From positions 82,090,001-82,154,000 of the forward strand of contig NC_086097.1 in assembly GCF_963921235.1 (NCBI RefSeq): a DNA stretch of 64,000 nt, in the 5' to 3' direction. Origin of the DNA: Mobula hypostoma. Lineage: Eukaryota. Below, one piece after another: positions 26,333-40,109 of this stretch; the first letter of the stretch is position 1, and every line of letters begins with the position of its first letter. Below the pieces are notes generated by a model that had not been told where the DNA came from, searched no databases, and saw only the letters and a program-made list of their open reading frames with translations. Made by a program: the position numbers and the translations under genes.

Positions 26333-26899
26333 TGACCTCACATTTACCAGCATTGTACTCCTTCTGCCAGACCCTTGCCCACTCAAATAACATACCTATA
26401 TTTCTCTGCAGACTCTCTGTATCCTCTGCACAATTTGCTTTTCCGCTCAATTTGGTGTCATCAGCAAACTTAGATATACCACACTCGGTCCCCTCTCCCA
26501 GATCGTCAATGTATATCGTGAACAGTTGCAGGCCCAGCACCAACCCCTGCAGCACACCACTCACCACTGATTGCCAACCAGAGAAACACGCATGTGTCCC
26601 AACTCTCTGCTTTCTATTAGTTAACTAATCCTCTATCCGTGCTAATACATCACCTCTAACTGTGCATCTTATCTTTTTTGGATAAATCTATTATGTGGCA
26701 CCTTATCGAAGACCTTCTGGAAATCCAAGTAAATAATGCCCATCTGTTCCCCTCTAAAGACTGTGCTCGTTATATCCTCAAAGAACTCCAGTAAGTTTGT
26801 CAAACAGGACCTGCCTTTGCTGAATCCATGTTGCGTCTGCCTGATGCATCCATTTCTTTCCAGATACCTCGCTATTTCATCTTTAATGATAGTTTCAGC

Positions 26900-27326
26900 T
26901 GTTAGAGTGGTTTTTGGGTTTTGGACATATACATTTAGCAATTGACTTTGGCTACCTGTCCTCACATCTGAAAACGTATTGTGGATTTACTTTGGAGTGG
27001 AGCTCTGAACAATGGGTTTCTAAAAGCTGTGAATCCCAGACCAGGCAATGCTGATTAAAGTTCACTTGGATGTCTGTGGTGTGGATGCGAATCAGGAGGT
27101 GTGATGGCTGTATGTTGTCTCAAAGAAAGCATTGTCCATACATTGTAAACATGGAGTTATCCTTTGATGTTTGGCACATAAAATATCGAGCCCAACACTG
27201 GGCCAGCCAGACCTTTTGACCGAAAGTGTCTCTGTATGATGCCTGCTGTACTTTGTTTTGTCGAATAAAGAAGTTGCTTTATATCTATCAGTACTTTTCT
27301 CCGGTGACTTAATTCACGCAACAACT
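26900..27326 (+). mobile_element. Probable solo LTR inserted in CR1
   Basis: Starts TGTT, ends CACGCAACAAC(T), has an internal AATAAA and interrupts a contiguous CR1 RT; homologous to 55881-56186. TSD is degraded. Confidence 0.65.
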
Positions 27327-29872
27327 CAAGCATTTTTCCAACTGCAGATGTTAAACTAACTTGCCTATAGTCACCTGCCTTTTGCCTACATCTTTTTTTG
27401 AACAGTGACGTGACATTTGCCTTCTTCCAGTCTGCCATGACCAGCCCAGAGTCCACAGAATTTTGGTAAGTTATCACCAAAGCATCTACTACAAACTCTG
27501 TCATTTCTTTCAGTACCCTGAGATGCATTTCATATTGAAAGGCCTACACAGAGTGGATCTGGAAAAGGTGTTTCCTATAGTAGGGGAGTCTAGGACCAGA
27601 GGATACAGCCTCAGAACAGAAGAATGTCATGGTATAATAGAAATGATGAGGGATTTCTTTAGCCAGAGGGTGGTGGATCTATGGAATATGTTGTCACAGA
27701 TGGCTGTGGAGGTCAAGTCATCGGGGATATTTAAAGCAAAGGTTGACAGTTTCTTGATTAGCAAGAGTGTTAAAGGTTATGAGGAAAAGGCGGGTGAATG
27801 AGGTTGAGAGAGATAATAAATCAGATATGATAGAATGATGGAACAGACCCGATAGGCCAAATGGCCTAATTCTGCTCCTATACCTTATGATTTTATAAGA
27901 GGCCCAAAACTGCACACAATACTCCACGTGTGGTCTAACCAATGCCTTATAAAGCATCAGCATTATAGCTTTGGTTTTATATTCTTGTCCTATTGAAATA
28001 TTGCTAACTTTGCATTGCTTTTCTTACCACTGACTCAACCTCCAAGTTAAAATTAGAGAATTCTACATGAGGACTCCTAAGTGGCTTTGCACATCTGATT
28101 TCAGAATTTGCTCCCCAATTAGAAAATATTTTATGTCTTTATTTCTTTTACTAAAGTGCACGACCACAGACTTCCCTATGCCGTATTCCATCTGCCACTT
28201 TTTTGCCCAATCTCCTAATCTGTCCAAGTCCATCTTCAACAACAACCGCCACCCCACTTACTTTTGTATTGTCTGCAAACTTGGCCAGAAAGCCATCAAT
28301 TTCCGCCATCTGAATTATTGACATATTATTGAAAAGAAGAGGTCTCAACACAAATCCCAGCGGAACACCACTAGTCACTGGCAGGCAACCAGAAAAGGTC
28401 CCTTTTATTCCCACTTGTTGCCTCCTGCCAATCAACCAACCTTCTATCCATGATAGTATCTTTACTGTAATATTATGGGCTCTTATCTTGATTAGTACCC
28501 TCAAGTGTGGTAACTTGTCAAAGACTTCCGAAAATCCAAGTAAACAACATCCACTGATTTGCCTTTGTCTGTCTTGTTACTTATTTCTTAAAAAATAATC
28601 CCAACAGATTTGTAATACAAGATTTCCCCTGAAGGAAACCATGTTGAATTTGGTCTATTATCATGTGGCTCTAAATACTCTGAGATCTTCTCCTTAATAA
28701 TGGACTCCCAACATCTTACCAACCACTGAAGTCAGGCTGGCTGACCTATAATTTCCTGTCTTTTGCCGTCCTTCCTTCTTTCTGAAAGAGTGGAGTGACA
28801 TTTGCTATTTTCCAGTCCTCTGGAACCATTTCAGAATCAAGTGATTCTTGAAAGATCACTACTAATGCCTCCAAAAGCTCTCCAGCTACAATACCTCTTT
28901 CAGTACCCAGGAGTGTAGTCCTTCTGGTCCAGGTGACTTATCCCTTAGACCTTTTGGCGTCCCAAGCATCTTCAGCTTAGTAGTAGCAAATACATTCACT
29001 TCTGCCCCCTGACACTCTCAAATTTCTGGCATACCGCTGTTCTCTTCCACAATGAAGACTGATGTAAAATAATTATTGTTTGTCCGTCATTTCTTTGTCC
29101 CTCTTGACTACCTCTCCAGTTTCATTTTCCAATGGTGTAATTTCCACCCCTGCCTCTGTTTTACTCTTGAAATTTCTGAAAAAGCTTTTTGTGTGTCCTA
29201 TTTTCTTGGTTAGCTTACTTCAATATACTAACTTTTCTCTTCTTATTGCATTTTTAGTTGCCTTCTGTTGGATTTTAAAAGCTTCGCAATCCTCCAGCTT
29301 CCATTAATGCTTGCTGTATTATATGCCTTCTCTTGTTGTTATGCAGTCTTTGACTTCAATCGTCAGTCTCCATTGCCTTATCCTTCCTTTAAAATACTTC
29401 CTCTTCTTTGGAATATATTTATGCTGTACCTTCCAAATTTCTCACAAAAACTCTAGCCATTGCTGTTTTGCCATCATTCCTGCTAGTATCCCCTAGAAAT
29501 CAACTTTGGTCAGCTGCTCTCTCATGCCTCTGTAGTTCCCTTCCCTCCAGTGTAATACTGATACATCTGATTTTAGCTTCTCCCTCTCAAATTGCAGGCT
29601 GAATTCTATCATATTATGCTAAAGGGTCCTTTACCTTATGCTCTCTATAGTAGAGATGAGTAGGTTACAAGTATGCTTAAAAGGTCACCACTAGGCTGTT
29701 TTTGTACTTCGTAATCCTCATAAGGATTAGACTTGTTTCTATTCCTTGTTATACTAATTTGTGTAATGTACTTTAAAAAAAATATTGTTTGAATACCATA
29801 AAAATAAACATTTCAACCCAATGATCCAGTGAATGATATATTCTGTTCGGTACTGTATTTACAATTTCTTAC

Positions 29873-30019
29873 CTGTTAATAACGCCATACGCCTCTTCAG
29901 TGCCTATTATACAGAGTGCATTCACAGCAGCATATGTTGGAGCAAGATGTGGTTCTTGGCCTGGTCCGCCACCAAATCCACCATTTGGACTTTGACATCT
30001 TGCCAAGAATTGACAAATA
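29873..30019 (-). CDS. FNTB: FNTB coding exon (equivalent to human exon 5), 147 nt
   Basis: cataaatag|T...AG|gtaaga; translates (H)ICQFLARCQSPNGGFGGGPGQEPHLAPTYAAVNALCIIGTEEAYGVIN(R). Confidence 0.99.
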
Positions 30020-30431
30020 CTATTTATGAAAGGAAAATGCAACTGATTTAATAAATCAATTTTTTTTTCATTATTTGGCTTCAAGTTGTGCTATAGCAAC
30101 ATATGATTTCTAGTATTTCACCCAGAGCCCACTTGCGAGTATTCAACATGAACGATCATCTCAAACACATAAGCACATTATATAGGTGTCTTCTACCCAA
30201 AGTGGAAACTTAGTTTGGAATTTTCTTTAAATATAATTGGAAGTCACATCAGAAAATTCACTCAGTGCAAAAACATTATGCCCATGTCAAGTCAGATGAA
30301 TTATACTCCAATCACATCAGAGAACACCCAAACGTATAAGGTACAAATCAGTGGAAAAAAAATTGGGGCCCACATGCACATCAACAATATTCCATTAATG
30401 ATTAATAAGCTAATTTTTATCTCATTTTCAG

Positions 30432-30705
30432 CAACATGGTTACAGAAGAGTAGCAGATAGCGCAACGTATTACAGCTCCGGACGTCAGAGTTTGGAATTC
30501 AATTCCAACACTGTCTGTAAGAAGTTTGTACATTCCCCACATGACTGCATGAGTTTCCTCCCACAGTCCAAAGACCTACTGGTTAATAGGTTAATTGCTC
30601 ATTGTAAGTTGTCCTGTGATTAAGCCAAGGTTAACTAGGTGGCATGCTCGGCAGCATGTCTCGGGCCAAAGAGCCTGTTCCATGTTGCATCTCTAAATAA
30701 ATAAA
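30432..30705 (+). mobile_element. SINE (V-SINE/HE1-like)
   Basis: GGAATTCAATTCC B-box-like, TGCATGAGTTTCCTCCCACAGTCCAAAGAC core, (AAAT)n tail. Confidence 0.7.
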
Positions 30706-31429
30706 CATACTCATACTTTACATAATATATTATATGTACTCAAATTGAAAATAATTGACTTGAGCACCATAAGCATGTTACTAACAATAATTATAGTTTA
30801 CTATATTAATAACTGACAAAAGTTACATGCCAAAGTTGGCCCCTGGCTAAAATTGGTGGCACAAGTACTGTACATGGAAGTACAAAATTAGAGACCTTGG
30901 TAGATTAAGGGAAAGGCCAAAACCAAGACACAAATTTTAAAGCAGCCAATTACATCATTCACTTTGGACCAAAAAAGATCTTCAAATATCTTTTAAATGA
31001 TTAAAACACTTGAAAGAAGTTTCAGGGTCACCACAAATAGATCACAAAGGTATAGATGCCTAATTGCAGAGAGCTGGAATCCAAAGAATACATTTTTTCT
31101 GCAGCTTTTCAAAAGCCAACTAGCACGTGTAGAACTTGCTATCATGTCTTGGAAAGGATATAGTGGCAATGGCTACGAAGGAGTGCATTGCAAATTCGCC
31201 TCATTTACTGGTTACAAGGGTTAGGTTATAAGATTAAATGAACTAGATTTTCTATACCACAAGGTTATGGGGAAATAACAAAGACTGAAGTGTTTGCAAG
31301 GAAACAAAAATAATTATTTGAAACAGAGAGAAAAAAAATCAGAAGGCTGTCCTAGATAGCATCTGAAAATTAGTTCCAGGTAATTCAGAGAAAAATTAAG
31401 AAAGTGAAACACAGTGAAATATTTCAACA

Positions 31430-31540
31430 TATGTTGAAAATCTGCAGCAAAACACAAGAAGCTGGAGGAATTCAATGGGTCAGGTATCTATGAAGGGAGA
31501 TAGTCAACATTTTAGGCTGAAACCCTTCATCAGGACTGCA
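31430..31540 (-). mobile_element. Degenerate PLE 3' end with decayed hammerhead
   Basis: Minus strand CAGTCCTGATGAAGGGTTTCAGCCTAAAATGTTGACT; the GAAAC core is mutated. Confidence 0.7.
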
Positions 31541-32791
31541 GGCCAAGTAAAGACTACTGTACTTCCAAGGTCCCCATATATGCCAAATACATCATTATAT
31601 ATGAAGAATGTTGTACTTTCTTAGCTATTCATGAACAGAATTAGCTAAGTAAGGATGACAACTTTCCTCCATAAAATACACAACATCCTATTCCTTAGCA
31701 CTTATTATTTACCATCAATAAATGCTAAGGAATAGGAAGACAATGTTGGTTGGTGAAATTAGAATACAGAAAAGCTATGATGATTGCAAGCTGGTACAAG
31801 TTCAAGGGAATACTCCAGAACAATACTCCAGCTTCAATGGATGATTTAAACATAGAAGAGAACAACTTACATCATTAATAACACTTTCGAACATTTGACT
31901 TGTTGCATGTAAAATAATTGTGGGAATGCATTCAGAATAATTTATTAATTTAACTGCAGTATGGCATTACCACTTTACGCAACAGTATTTCATTTCTCTG
32001 AATGAAATTATGGTGATTTTGTAAGAATTAAATCCTTCATTAATACTGAAGATATTTAAACCACAAATTTGTAAATTCAACATTAAAAAGCACTGTAGAA
32101 TTGCTTTCTACCTAAATCATCCTGTATGTCTTTATTTCTACTTTCAAATGAGGTGAAATCCCGTTCACGAACAGCTAAGAAAGTACAACATTCTTCATAA
32201 ATAGCGATGTATCTGGCATGGATAGGGAGGTGGAAGTACAATAATCATTACTTGGCCTGCAGTAATCAAGAGTTTGTGCATTACAAGTCAAAACTCATAA
32301 GCTGAGTTTCAAATACAAGGTCTAAATCTCAACTTTCAGAAGGCTTTTTGAGAAAGAAAACTGTGCCAGAAAATAACAAGGAAATGGAAGTCAGACCCTG
32401 CAGCAGAAACCAGCGCAACAAATGTATCCATGATTGATATCAACTTATACAACAAAAACTGGGTGATCATTCCAGAATCATTTCAAAGTATCAGTGCAAA
32501 TTATTGCCCCATACTGTGGAATGGGATTGATCAGAAAGCCAGAAATCTGTGAAGCTCTTTTTATCTGCTTTGAATTGCTACGACATGATAGCAAGCACTA
32601 CTAGTCAGAAATTCCTGCTAAAAAAGAAAATATGTGATGATTAGCTGGAATAGAACAGCCAACTAAAGCAACAGGAGGCAGTAAAGAGATAGTAAGCAAA
32701 CTACAACACCTGATGAGTTATCACATTTTTCAAAGCTTACAGCGGTATTCCAATAACAGGTTCACATTTTCCAAGTTTAGCATATACTCAC

Positions 32792-32883
32792 TGGGAAGCT
32801 GTGCTTTCATCGAGTGGCTCGTTGAGAAGCTCCAAGCTGTGTAAGATCCAGTAACAGAGCCAAGGTCGACTGGCATCCAAACA
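32792..32883 (-). CDS. FNTB: FNTB coding exon (equivalent to human exon 4), 92 nt
   Basis: tttaattcag|TGT...CA|gtgagt; translates CLDASRPWLCYWILHSLELLNEPLDESTAS(H). Confidence 0.99.
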
Positions 32884-32970
32884 CTGAATTAAACCAGAAA
32901 CATACTGTATAGTGACAAGAGAAATAAGTGAAGCAAAAATTTAAAATGCCTGATACATGCAGTATGTATA

Positions 32971-34392
32971 CAATGCTTATAAAAAGTATTCGCTTCCCCC
33001 CTTTAATATGACACACCAAATCATCACTTGGTTTTAGAATTATAATTATATAAATTATAATTTATAATATAAACTATAATTCCTTAAATGGAGATCACTG
33101 GTGTGCAGTCAATGTGTTTCAATTAATTGCAGTAAAAATACACCTGTACCTGGAGGGTTCAACTGTTGCTGAGTCAGTATCCTGGCAAAAGCTACACCGT
33201 GAAGACAATCTAACACCCCATGCAACTCTGCTACAAGGTTGTTGAAAAACACGTCAGGAGGAGGATACAAGAAAATTTCCAACTCACACAGTTAAGTCAA
33301 TCATCAAGAAATGGAAATCATATGGCACAGCTGTAAATCTGCCTAGGGCAGGCCATCCTCAAAAACTGAGTGGCCATGCAAGAAGGGGACTAGTGAAGGG
33401 AGGACACCAAGAGACCTGTGACAACTCTGGAGGAGTGACAAGCATTGGAGAGAATGCACATACAACAATTGTTGCCCAGGCAGCTTTCTGGGAGAGTGGC
33501 AAAGAGAAAGCCACTGTTGAAAAAAACTCACGGTTAGAATTTGTCCAAAAGCATGTGAGAGACTCTGAAGTCAGCTGGAAGAAGGTTCTATGGTCTGATG
33601 AAACAAAAATTCAGTTTTTTGGCCATCAGACTAAACGCTGTGTTTGATGTAGACTAAACGCTGTGTTTGATGTGAACCAAACACTACACATCATCACAAA
33701 AACATCGTGAAGCATGGCTGTATCATGCTGAGGGGATGCTTCAATGCAGCAAGCCCGGGAAGGCTGGTGAAGGTAGAGGGTAAAATGAATGCAGCAAAAT
33801 ACAAGGAAGTGCTGGAGGAAAACCTGATACAGTCTGCAAGAGAACTGCGACTTGGGAGAAGAGTTCTTTTCCAGCAAGACAATAAGCCCAAGCACAAAGC
33901 CAAAGCCTCACAGGAATGGCTTAAAAACAAAGTTAATGACCTGGAGTGGCCATGTCAGAGTTCAGACTTCAATCCAATTAAGAATTTATGGCTGGACTTG
34001 AAAAGGGCTGTTCACTCACGGTTCCATACAATCTGACAAAGCTTGAGCAGTTTTGTAAAGAAGAATGGGTAAAAATTGCAGTGTCCAGATGTGCAAAGCT
34101 GATAGAGACCTATCCACACAGACTCAAAGATGTAATTGCTGCCAAAGGTGCATCTACTAAATACTGACTGTAAGGGGGGGTGAGTAATTATGCAATCAAT
34201 TATTTGGTTTTTAAAAACTACAATAAATTTAGACCAATTTGTAGAAACTTGTTTTCACTTTGACACGCAAGAGCTTTTTCCGTTGATCAATGTCAAAAAA
34301 GCCAAATTAACCCCACCGTGATTCAATGCTGTAAAAAATAAAACATGAAAACTTTCGGGGGGGGGGGTGGTGAATACTATTTATAGGCACTG
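32971..34392 (+). mobile_element. Tc1-family transposon with both ends and a dead transposase
   Basis: TA on both sides; TIRs CAATGCTTATAAAAAGTATTCGC and CAGTGCCTATAAATAGTATTCAC (19/23); WSDETK, FQQDN and NPIKNLW (third catalytic E changed to K); frameshifts. Confidence 0.93.
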
Positions 34393-34789
34393 TATTAACA
34401 GTTAAATAGGTTTTTATGTTGCAATTTCATAAAGTTATGAAACAAGTATACCTATAGAGTACTAAAAGTAAAATTTATCCTTACACTGAACATTGCTACT
34501 TTAGACTTACAAAAGAAAAAACAAATATATGTTTTCTGCAAAACACTATAAAAATAAAGTGCTCATGTTGGTTATGTACTAGGGCTTGAAACAATATTAT
34601 TTTTGTGATAGTTCAGGCGAATATAAAAGCCAATTATTCATCGATTCCATTGCCTCAAACTACACATACCCTCTCAGCTCTCACAGCTCATCTAGTGTAA
34701 GCTTTTCCATCTTCATCATCACCTTCTCCTGAGACCCCACATTCATATATTCCAGATTATATCACTCCTCCTTTCTTATGTGAGGATGA

Positions 34790-35105
34790 AGTGGGGTTCT
34801 TGGGGACATTGCCTCAAGATTTAGGGGAGAAGATTTAGGATGGAGATGAGCAGAAACTGTTTTTCCCCAGAGAGTGGTGAATCTGTGGAATTCTCTGCCC
34901 AGGGAAGCAGTTGAGGCTTCTGCACTAAATATATTTAAGGAACAGTTAGATAGGTTTTTACATAGTAAGGGAATGAAGGGTTATGGGGAAATGGCAGGTA
35001 GATGGAGCTGAGTTCATGGACAGATCAGCCATGATCTTATTGATTGGCAGGGCAGGCTCGATGGGCCGGATGGCCGACTCCTGTTCCTATTCCTTATGTT
35101 CGTAT
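34790..35105 (+). mobile_element. CR1 3' end
   Basis: CAGAGAGTGGTGAATCTGTGGAAT...GGGCCGGATGGCC...CTTATGTTCGTATG. Confidence 0.85.
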
Positions 35106-36611
35106 GAAGGGGTGGGCTTCTTAATGAAGTTACAGCCTCACTCATCTCACTTCAATCAGACCACCAGTATCAAGTACCTGATACTGGGGCATTATCAATC
35201 GAATTGTCTTGCAACTCGGTGTTATCCATCTGTTAAGGCTGCCATATCCAAGGAAACATACAATAAATGGCAGGATTTTGAGTGATATGGTAGGACAAAG
35301 GAATGTATGTCCACCAGATAGTTAAAAGGATAGCAAATGAATTCCATCTGGTGATTAAGTTGGCATATGGGGTGCTTCCCTTTGTTATCTAAAGAATAAG
35401 AGCAAGGAGTTTATGCATGTACTGTATACTACATAAGTCAAACCATAGCCTGAGTACTATTTACAGAGCTGGTTATCACACTACAGAAAACCACAATTAC
35501 ACTGGAGAGCAGAGGAGATGTATGAAAATAGAGACAGTAATAGAAAGTATGTGTGACAGTTTTCTTCAGAGCAAAAGAGGCTTAGCAGCTGTAATTACAG
35601 TTCAAAACATTATGAAGAACATAACACAGATTAATAGGAGAAATATTTGCTGAGAAATTAAAAATATAAGATACAGATTTAAGAAAATAGGATTACAAGA
35701 GAGATGAGGCAATTTTTTTTGAGTGAGAGTATGGTAGATATCTGGAACTGACTGTCTCAAAGGGTGGTAGAGGTGAAATCCTCATTGCTTCTATACAGTA
35801 TTTGAATATACACCAGAAGGACCACAACTTGCAGTGGTACAACATATTGGTAAAAGAAGAGATTAAGTTGGATAGCTGTCTATTTGGACTGGCACAGATA
35901 CAAAAAGTCACAAGGGCTCCTCTTGCTTTGTTAGTTTTCTATACTTCTGTAAAAAAAAAAATTTGCTAAAGTAGCTAAAAAAAATCAATACAAAGATAAA
36001 ACTTCGTAATACCTTTTTTAAAAAAAAGAGATGCAGCACGATAACAGGCCTTTTCGGCCCTGAGATCTTATCCTTAATAATCAACTTGAACATCTTCCCA
36101 ACCACTGAGGTCAGACTAACAGGCCTATAGTTTCCTTTCCTCTGCCTCTCTCCCTTCTTGAAGAGCCAAATGACATTTGCAATTTCCCTGTCTTTCAGAA
36201 CCATTCCAGAATCTAGTGATTCTTGAAAGATCATTATTAATGCCTCTACAATCTCTTCAACCACCTCTTTCTGAACGCTGTTGTGTACACCATCTGGTCC
36301 AGGTGACTTATCTACCTTCAGACCTTTCAGTTTCCCAAGAATCTTCTCTTCAGTAATGGTAACTTCACAAATTTCATGAGCCCTGACAGCTGGAACTTCA
36401 CCATACTGCTAGTGTCTTCCACTGTGAAGAATAATGTAACATACTTATACAGTTCGTCTGCCCTTTCCTTGTCTCCCACTACTACCTCTCCAGGATAGTT
36501 CTCCAGCAATCCAATATATACTCTTGCCTCTCTTTTACACTTTTATGTATCTCATGAAACTTTTGGTATCCTCATTAATATTATTGGCAAGCTTATTTTC
36601 GTATCCGACCT

Positions 36612-37847
36612 AGTCATAGTCATAGTCATACTATATTGATCCCGGGGGAAATTGGTTTTCGTTACAGTTGCACCATAAATAATAAATAGTAATAACACCA
36701 TAAATAGTTAAATAGTAATTTGTAAATTATGCCAGGAAATAAGTCCAGGACCAGCCTACTGGCTCAGGGTGTCTGACCCTCCAAGGGAGGAGTTGTAAAG
36801 TCTGACGGCCACAGGCAGGAATGACTTCCTATGATGCTCTGTGTTGCATCTCGGTGGAATGAGTCTCTGGCTGAATGTACTCCTGTGCCCACCCAGTACA
36901 TTATGTAGTGGATGGGAGACATTGTCCAAGATGGCATGCAACTTGGACACCATCCTCTTTTCAGACACCACCATCAGAGAGTCCAGTTCCATCCCCACAA
37001 CATCACTGACCTTACGAATGAGTTTGTTGATTCTGTTGGTGTCTGCTACCCTCAGCCTGCTGCCCCAGCACACAACAGCAAACATGATAGCACTGGCCAC
37101 CACAGACTCATAGAACATCCTCAGCATTGTCCGGCAGATGTTAAAGGACCTCAGTCTCCTCAGGAAATAGAGACGGCTCTGACCCTTCCTGTAGACAGCT
37201 TCAGTGTTCTTTGACCAGTCCAGTTTATTGTCAGTTCGTATCCCCAGGTATTTGTAATCCTCCACCATGTCCACACTGACTCCCTGGATGGAAACAGGGG
37301 TCACCGGTGCCTTAGCTCTGCTCAGGTCTACCACCAGCTCCTTAGTCTTTTTCACATTAAACTGCAGATAATTCTGCTCACACCATGTGACAAAGTTTCC
37401 TACTGCAGCCCTGTACTCAGCCTCATCTCCCCTTGTTGATGCATCCAACTATGGCAGAGTCATCAGAAAACTTCTGAAGATGACAAGACTCTGTGCAGTA
37501 GTTGAAGTCTGAGGTGTAAATGGTGAAGAGAAAGGGAGACAAGACAGTCCCCTGTGGAGCCCTAGTGCTGCTGATCACTCTGTCGGACACACAGTGTTGC
37601 AAGCACACGTACTATGATCTGCCAGTCAGGTAATCAAGAATCCATGACACCAGGAAAGCATCCACCTGCATCGCTGTCAGCTTCTCCCCCAGCAGAGCAG
37701 GGCGGATGGTGTTGAACGCACTGGAGAAGTCAAAAAACATGACCCTCACAGCGCTTGCTGGCTTGTCCAGGTGGGTGTAGACACAGTTTAGCAGGTAGAC
37801 GATGGCATCCTCAACTCCTAGTCGGGGCTGGTAAGCGAACTGGAAGG
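36612..37847 (-). mobile_element. Rex1/Babar-like LINE, 5'-truncated and young
   Basis: APQGTVLSPFLFTIYTSD, QKFSDDSAIVG, NVKKTKELVVD, SRLYFLRRLRSF; (CTATGA)n 3' tail at 36612-36630. Confidence 0.9.
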
Positions 37848-39010
37848 GACCTTTACCTTCTTAATGATGTTTTTAGTTGCCTTCTGTTGGTCTTTAAAAG
37901 TTTCCTAATACTCTAACTTCTCACTAATTTTTGCTCTATTATATGCCCTCTCTTTGGCTTTTTTATATTGGGTTTGACTACTCTTGTTAGCCACAGTTGT
38001 ATCATCTTGCATTTATAGATACTTCATTGATCCCAAGGAAATAACAGTGTCACAGCAGCATTACAAGTACACAGGTACACAAATATTAGAAGAGAACTAA
38101 GAATAAAAATAAGTTCACTTAGAAAAAGATATACAAGATTTACAAGTCAAAGTTTGCAAGATCTCTTCTCCGGCTATAGGTTGACTCATTATAGAGCTTG
38201 ATGACCGAGAATAAGAATAACCTCACATAGCACTTTTTGGAGCAGTGCAGTTGTCATAGTCTATTACTGAAAGTGCTCCTCTGTTTAGCCAAGGTGGAAT
38301 GCAGGGGTTGAGAAATGTCTGGAATTGGCAGGATTTTCTGGAGGGTCCTTTGTTCTACCACAACCTCCAGTATGTCCAGTTTGACTCCTATAATAGAACC
38401 AGCCTTTCTAATCAGAAGAATACTTCTTCCTCTTTGGAATGTATATATCCTGTGCATTCTGAATTGCTTCCAGAAAGTCCAACATTTGCTACTCTGCCAT
38501 CATCCCTGCCAGTGTTCTTTTCCAATCAATTCTGGCAAACTCCTCTCTCATGCCTCTGTAATTCACTGAAATACTGATACATAAGACTTTAGCTATTCCT
38601 TCTCAAATTTCAGGGTTACTTTATCATATTATGAACACTTGCCCCTAAGGGTTCTTTTACCTTAAGCTCTTTAATCAATTCTGCTTCATTGCACAACACC
38701 CAATCCAGAATAGAGGACCCCTAGTGGGCTCAACCACGAGCTGCTCTAAAAAGCCCATTTATAGGCACTCTAGAAATTCCCCCCTTGGAATGCAGCACCA
38801 AAGTGATTTTCCCAATTTACATGCATATTGAAATCCATGACTATTGTAACATTACCCTTTTGGCATGCATTTTCTATCTCCTGTTGTAACTTGTAGACCA
38901 CAGCCTTACTACTGTTTGGGGGTTTGTATACAACTCCCATCAGGGTATTTTTACCCTTACAGTCCCTTAGCTATATCCACAATGATTCAACACCTTGCAA
39001 CCCTATCTAA

Positions 39011-39011
<1 letters not shown>

Positions 39012-39052
<41 letters not shown>
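39012..39052. repeat. Compound (CT)n(CA)n microsatellite
   Basis: CTCTCTCTCTCTCACACACA... read directly. Confidence 0.95.
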
Positions 39053-39056
<4 letters not shown>

Positions 39057-39618
39057 AATTCTGCAGATGCTTGAAATTCAAGCAACACAACTCAAAGTTG
39101 CTGGTGAACGCAGCAGTCCCATTCCCATTCTGATATGTCTATCCATGGCCTCCTCTACCGTAAAGATGAAGCCACACTCAGGTTGGAGGAACAACACCTT
39201 ATATTCCGTCTGGGTAGCCTCCAACCTGATGGCATGAACATTGACTTCTCAAACTTCCGCTAATGCCCCACCTCCCCCTCGTACCCCATCCGTTATTTAT
39301 TTATATAAACACATTATTTCTCTCTCTCTCCTTTTTCTCCCTCTGTCCCTCTGACTATACCCCTTGCTCATCCTCTCAGTTTTTTCCCCCCTCCCCCTTT
39401 TCTTTCTCCCTGGGCCTCCTGTCCCATGATCCTCTCATATCCCTTTTGCCAATCAACTGTCCAGCTCTCGGCTCTATCCCTCCCCCTCCTGTCTTCTCCT
39501 ATCATTTTGGATCTCCCCCTCCCCCTTTCAAAACTCTCACTAGCTCTTCTTTCAGTTAGTCCTGACGAAGGGTCTTGGCCCGAAAAGTCGACTGTACCTC
39601 TTCCAAGAGATGCTGCCT
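39053..39618. mobile_element. Penelope-like insertion with internal inversion (GIY-YIG C-terminus, 3' UTR, damaged hammerhead at 39558-39593)
   Basis: 39053-39116 is the reverse complement of the PLE terminus; 39117-39618 is forward PLE nearly identical to 44561-45062; imperfect TSD CTAACCTC(T/C)CTCT at 39007 and 39617. Confidence 0.88.
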
Positions 39619-40109
39619 AACCTCCCTCTAATGATTTAATTTCATTTTTTACCAACAGAGCAATGCCGCCCCCTCTGCCTTTCTGCCAGTCGTTTTGATA
39701 AAATGTGTATTCTTAGATATTAAGCTCTCAGTTAAAATCTTCTTTCAGCCGTGATTCAGTGATGCCTGCAACATTGTACATGCCACTCTGCCTCTGTGCT
39801 ACAAATTCCTCTACCTTATTCTGTATACTGCGCACATTCAAATACAACACCTTCAGTCCTGTTGATTGAATGAACACCTTTTTTGATTTTGTCCGCCTTT
39901 TACATTGTAACTCATTCTGTTGACTGCAATTTTGCACTATCAGCAGCATCTCCTGACTACACAATACCTCCTTTTGTAAACCAGCCTCTTCATCTTCAGC
40001 ACTATCATCAGCCTTTTCTGTACTTCTTGCATTGAAATATACATGGCTCAGGATGCTCAACTTTTGATTCCTAACTTTGTCTGAGGTTTTACCAACATCT
40101 GCCTCCACA

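Larger units (their letters stand above)
25520..29645 (-). mobile_element. Cluster of CR1 fragments, mostly minus strand (plus-strand 3' piece at 27530-27895), with PLE and LTR insertions
   Basis: RPHLEYCMQFWSPYL, ISKFADDTK, QHGFSKGRSCLTNL and GVPLGFVLRP motifs. Confidence 0.9.

Noticed and set aside
29869..30084. 71-aa ORF as a standalone gene
   Set aside because: It is FNTB exon 5 plus intronic read-through; splice sites define 29873-30019.
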